From Candidatus Bathyarchaeota archaeon B24-2 (GTDB lineage Archaea; Thermoproteota; Bathyarchaeia; Bathyarchaeales; B24-2): a stretch of DNA of 39,694 nucleotides. Under the pieces are notes generated by a model. That model searched no databases. It had not been told where the DNA came from and saw only the letters and a program-made list of their open reading frames with translations. Position numbers and translations under genes: made by a program. Position 1 is the first letter of the stretch, and the number at the start of each line of letters is the position of its first letter. The DNA lies in the NCBI GenBank assembly GCA_002490245.1, contig PCNA01000001.1:1-39694 (forward strand), written 5' to 3'. This document shows positions 36,580-39,694 of the stretch, piece after piece.

Positions 36580-36804
36580 TTAAATTTCTATCATGTTCTT
36601 TTTTCGCGCTTCCTCATAAAATTCAAGGATCTCGTCTATGAATTCTACATGTGAGAGAAGCATTCGTCGACAACAATATCTGTCTAATCCCAAGCTATCT
36701 AAGACTTGCGAGGGATCTTCGCCTGACTTGACTCGGGATGCGAACTCTTCCCATTTATCTCCTATCAGCTTCCCGCAGCTAAAGCAACGGATAGGAATTA
36801 TTAT
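36580..36804 (-). CDS. rpoN: DNA-directed RNA polymerase subunit N (Rpo10), apparent non-canonical ATA start, absent from the ORF track
   Basis: Own translation: (M)[73 protein letters not shown]. This carries the RPB10/RpoN CxxC...CC zinc-bundle signature. The in-frame TAA lies two codons before the first ATA. AAGGUGGUGGA lies about 7 nt upstream. Confidence 0.75.
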   Translation of the reverse strand: MIIPIRCFSCGKLIGDKWEEFASRVKSGEDPSQVLDSLGLDRYCCRRMLLSHVEFIDEILEFYEEARKKNMIEI

Positions 36805-37139
36805 CTCTTATCCACCACCTTAGGACGTTCTACCACCGTTAAACCTAATTGGTTCTGTTACTTCCCGTAAATTAAACTTTCCTATGCGAAGGAGTAATTT
36901 AAATGTTTAGTATATGGTTGTTAAATCGAATCTAATCGTCCATCGCGCCGTCGGGGTTCTCCTCAATTTGAGGTTTAAAAGCTAAAGCCGAATATCTGGC
37001 AAGAGCTGAAAAAGTGGTATCTTTCCAGTCACCGCGCTTATAACCGTAGAATATGTGTTCGGTTAAAGGGTTGGTTTTTAGAGTAGACTCTCTAGAATAA
37101 CGTTCAAATATTTATTTCTATGACTTTCATCTAAGGGTT

Positions 37140-38759
37140 GTGAGCGGAGAAGAGAGGTTACTGTTGATGGAGAGTAAGGTCATCGGTCATGGAACATGGT
37201 ATGACAAGATGGCTGTTCAAATAATCGAGCGGGAAAAACGTTTGGGGAGAAGCCTCGACCTCTTAAGGACTGAAAGCGGGATAGGGGCTTCTGGTTTACC
37301 CCACATAGGGAGCTTAGCCGACGCGGCGAGATCTCACGCCGTAGCCCAAGCGATAGCCGAGCAGGGATATAAATCAGAGTTGATAGCTTTCTCGGACGAT
37401 ATGGACGGGCTTAGGAAAGTCCCTAGAGGTCTACCAGAATCTCTAAGCAAGTACATCGGTTTCCCTGTATCGACCATACCTGACCCTTGGGGTTGCCATG
37501 CGAGCTTCGGCAGTCACATGTCCTCCCTCCTTCTAGACGCGCTAGACAAATGCGGAATAAAATACAAGTTTAAGTCCGGCTTCGAGGTGTATAAACGCGG
37601 CGAACTCAAAGAGGAGATCGAAACGATCCTCAAGAACTTCAAGCGGGCGGGAGAGATAATAAAGGAGGAGATAGGCCAAGAAAAGTATGTCGAAGTCTTA
37701 CCCTACTTCGCCATCTGTGAACGTTGCGGTAGGATATACACGACTAGAGCCTACGACTTCTCCATCAAAGAGGGTCGTATCTTCTATAGGTGTGAGGGGG
37801 CGGAGATCGGCGGACGAAAGCTCGAAGGATGTGGGTATGAGGGTGAAGCAAACTATCTGAGAGGAGACGGAAAGCTGAGCTGGAAGGTCGAGTTCGCGGC
37901 TAGATGGCGGGCCTTAGACATACGGTTCGAGGCGTACGGTAAGGATATAGCCGACTCGGTTAGGGTTAACGATAGGGTCTGCAGGGAGATATTAGGCTAT
38001 GAGCCTCCTTTACACGTTCAGTATGAAATGTTCTTAGATAAAAGTGGGAGGAAAATCTCCAAGTCTGCGGGGAACGTCTTTACGCCTCAAGTATGGTTTA
38101 GATATGGTTCTCCCCAATCGCTGATGCTCTTGGTCTTAAAGAGATTCGTGGGTACTAGAACACTATCGATAGACGACATCCCGAGATACATGGATGAGCT
38201 CGACTATCTCAGCGACGTGTACTTCGATAAACGTCGGGTCGAGGATGAGAGGGAGAGGGCTAAACTTAAAGGCTTATACCTTTATTGTTGGACTTTAAAT
38301 CCGCCTAAGGAATGGAAGCCCCATGCACCTTACAGGCTGTTGGTTAACCTAGCCTCCGTAGCGCCTGAAGATAACCCTATCGAATTCATTAAAGAAAAGT
38401 TGAAGGAGTATGGATACAGGTTAGACCCGAGAGACTTGGAGGAAAGGGCTTGGTACGCGGTTAATTGGGTTAGAGACTTTAAGGTGGTCAAGAGAGAGCC
38501 TGTGGAACTCAACGAGCAGGAGAGAGCGGCGCTTCAAGAATTGATCGAGTTGATAGCTGAGCTGGAGACTGGAGAGGATATACAAAGTGCTGTCTTCACC
38601 GTGGCGAGGAAACATTCTATCAAACCTAGAGACTTCTTCAGGACGCTATACAAGATCTTGTTGGGGACGCAGGAGGGTCCGAGGTTCGGCCCCTATGTAG
38701 CAACCGTAGGTAAGCGTAAAGTCCTTAACCTGTTAAAAGAGGCCTTAAACGATCAGTAA
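37140..38759 (+). CDS. lysS: Lysyl-tRNA synthetase, class I
   Basis: 539-aa ORF: GASGLPHIGSLADAARSH (HIGH-like), a zinc-binding CERCG...C..C segment and GRKISKSAGN (KMSKS). The start may be the ATG at 37167 instead of the GTG at 37140. Confidence 0.9.
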   Translation: MSGEERLLLMESKVIGHGTWYDKMAVQIIEREKRLGRSLDLLRTESGIGASGLPHIGSLADAARSHAVAQAIAEQGYKSELIAFSDDMDGLRKVPRGLPESLSKYIGFPVSTIPDPWGCHASFGSHMSSLLLDALDKCGIKYKFKSGFEVYKRGELKEEIETILKNFKRAGEIIKEEIGQEKYVEVLPYFAICERCGRIYTTRAYDFSIKEGRIFYRCEGAEIGGRKLEGCGYEGEANYLRGDGKLSWKVEFAARWRALDIRFEAYGKDIADSVRVNDRVCREILGYEPPLHVQYEMFLDKSGRKISKSAGNVFTPQVWFRYGSPQSLMLLVLKRFVGTRTLSIDDIPRYMDELDYLSDVYFDKRRVEDERERAKLKGLYLYCWTLNPPKEWKPHAPYRLLVNLASVAPEDNPIEFIKEKLKEYGYRLDPRDLEERAWYAVNWVRDFKVVKREPVELNEQERAALQELIELIAELETGEDIQSAVFTVARKHSIKPRDFFRTLYKILLGTQEGPRFGPYVATVGKRKVLNLLKEALNDQ

Positions 38760-38827
38760 TGTAGGAAATCATACACAAAAGCTTTAAATAAAACATTTAT
38801 ACACATTAATTTCTTCAGGGTTACAGC

Positions 38828-39325
38828 GTGAGGGTTATGTGCCCCGACACCTCTGAAGACTCCGATTTAACGTCCAGTGAGGTTAGAGTGAAGTTAGTCG
38901 ACATAAACGAGCTCAAAGGTCATGAAAGAACAGACGAGGTCAGACTTAAAGCCTTAAAAGACGAGATAGAGTCGGACGGTATCCTAAAAAAGCCTATAGT
39001 GGTCGACGAAAAGACTCGGGTTATACTCGACGGCCATCACAGGCTAGAAGCGCTACGCCTACTTGGATGCTCGAAGATACCCGTATACTTCGTGAACTAT
39101 ATGTCAGAAAAGATAGGCGTAAAAAGCATGAACAAGGACCTAGAAATAACGAAGCCTAAGGTCGTCGAAGCAGCGCTAAAAGGAAGACCTTTCCCGCCAA
39201 AGTCCACATGGCACTACATAACATTCTCCAAGATAATCAGACACATATCACACATCCAGAGAAGGGTAGATATACCCCTAAAAGACCTAAAGAAAAGAAA
39301 ACCAAAACCGGAAACACAAACCTAA
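38828..39325 (+). CDS. ParB/sulfiredoxin-like N-terminal domain protein
   Basis: 165-aa ORF: VDINELKGHERTDEVRLKALKDEIESDGILKKPIVVDEKTRVILDGHHRLEALRLLG, a ParBc/Srx-fold pattern with the DGHHR box. GTG start, so the N-terminus is uncertain. Confidence 0.65.
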   Translation: MRVMCPDTSEDSDLTSSEVRVKLVDINELKGHERTDEVRLKALKDEIESDGILKKPIVVDEKTRVILDGHHRLEALRLLGCSKIPVYFVNYMSEKIGVKSMNKDLEITKPKVVEAALKGRPFPPKSTWHYITFSKIIRHISHIQRRVDIPLKDLKKRKPKPETQT

Positions 39326-39375
39326 AAATCCAACCCAACTGGACTCCATCATATATAAACTTTTGAGTCATCTCT

Positions 39376-39421
39376 GAAAAACCTTCAGAGAAAACAAACC
39401 AGAACCGAAAAACCTTCAGAG
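39376..39421. repeat. Direct repeat GAAAAACCTTCAGAG x2 (31-nt period) in the non-coding tail
   Basis: Exact 15-mers at 39376-39390 and 39407-39421. A degenerate third copy (ctgaaactcttcagc) lies at 39436-39450. TATATAAAC motifs occur at about 39351 and 39475. Confidence 0.6.
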
Positions 39422-39694
39422 GCACAAAACCCTTACTGAAACTCTTCAGCTAACCCCACAGAACTATATAAACCTAGACTAAGGTATAGAACAAAAGAAA
39501 AGGTTCTCTCGTAAATTTCATAGAGAATAGGGTGTCTGCAGAGGCTGTTTAAAGCCAGAAACTACTATAGAAATGCGGCATAAAATAATGTTTAGCGGGA
39601 GGACAAGTCGTTATGCCCCTTTACTCTACTTTTGAGCCTTTTTATCCTCGGTGACTAATAGAAGGTTTTTAACTCTTTGCTAAGAAGACGTAAG

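Noticed and set aside
36638-36823. 61-aa plus-strand ORF in the track
   Set aside because: It is antisense to the clearly recognisable rpoN reading frame at 36580-36804.
36932-37100. Roughly 55-codon open minus-strand frame (…HIFYGYKRGDWKDTTFSALARYSALAFKPQIEENPDGAMDD) upstream of rpoN
   Set aside because: It has no ATG, GTG or TTG, no Shine-Dalgarno-like element and no recognisable family. It was considered as a second non-canonical-start gene, but the support is insufficient.
1-39694. Search for CRISPR arrays, IS or transposase genes, integrases and rRNA genes
   Set aside because: No regularly spaced repeats beyond the short ones listed were found. No transposase- or integrase-like ORF and no rRNA-like sequence was recognised by eye. 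A computational scan (tRNAscan-SE, Infernal/Rfam, a CRISPR finder) would be needed to exclude small RNAs.

Overview
This is an archaeal chromosomal segment. Markers are L7Ae/S28e/L24e, Alba, aIF5B, RpoN, class I LysRS, isopentenyl phosphate kinase and an Lrp/AsnC regulator. The K/E/R/I-rich proteins suggest a thermophile, possibly TACK-type, but I cannot assign a taxon. No rRNA, tRNA, CRISPR array or IS element was recognised.

Layout:
- 1-7.2 kb (accessory-looking): a partial CxxCxxCC (YkgJ-type) protein, a frameshifted Gfo/Idh/MocA oxidoreductase, two divergently transcribed B12-binding radical SAM enzymes, and an MFS transporter fused to a cytidylate-kinase-like domain.
- 7.3-15 kb: a sugar or sugar-acid utilisation cluster. 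It holds an amidohydrolase, an enolase-superfamily dehydratase, a PIG-L deacetylase, an MBL hydrolase, and an ABC binding protein with two permeases.
- 15-24 kb: Alba, Lrp, a four-OB-fold RPA-like protein, paired small membrane proteins, a SWIM protein with a metallophosphoesterase, a corrinoid protein, a DRTGG/Pta-N-like protein, and ADP-forming acetyl-CoA synthetase.
- 24-37 kb: aIF5B, L24e-S28e-L7Ae, VapBC, then a tightly packed minus-strand supraoperon rpoN-eno-rps2-memo-mvk-ipk-idi2-GGPPS-gltX.
- 37-39.7 kb: class I LysRS, a ParB/Srx-like protein, and a non-coding repeat-bearing tail.

Main finding: the aIF5B (infB) gene is interrupted inside its P-loop codons by a 31-nt insert. The insert folds into a near-canonical bulge-helix-bulge motif. 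Cutting at the canonical bulge positions restores the reading frame and a perfect GHIDTGKT Walker A motif. This points to an endonuclease-spliced intron in a protein-coding mRNA.

Secondary findings:
- an rpoN gene missing from the ORF track, apparently starting at AUA;
- a radical SAM enzyme with CX4CX2C spacing in a visibly AT-rich gene;
- an MFS-kinase fusion with a Walker A Lys-to-Gln change.
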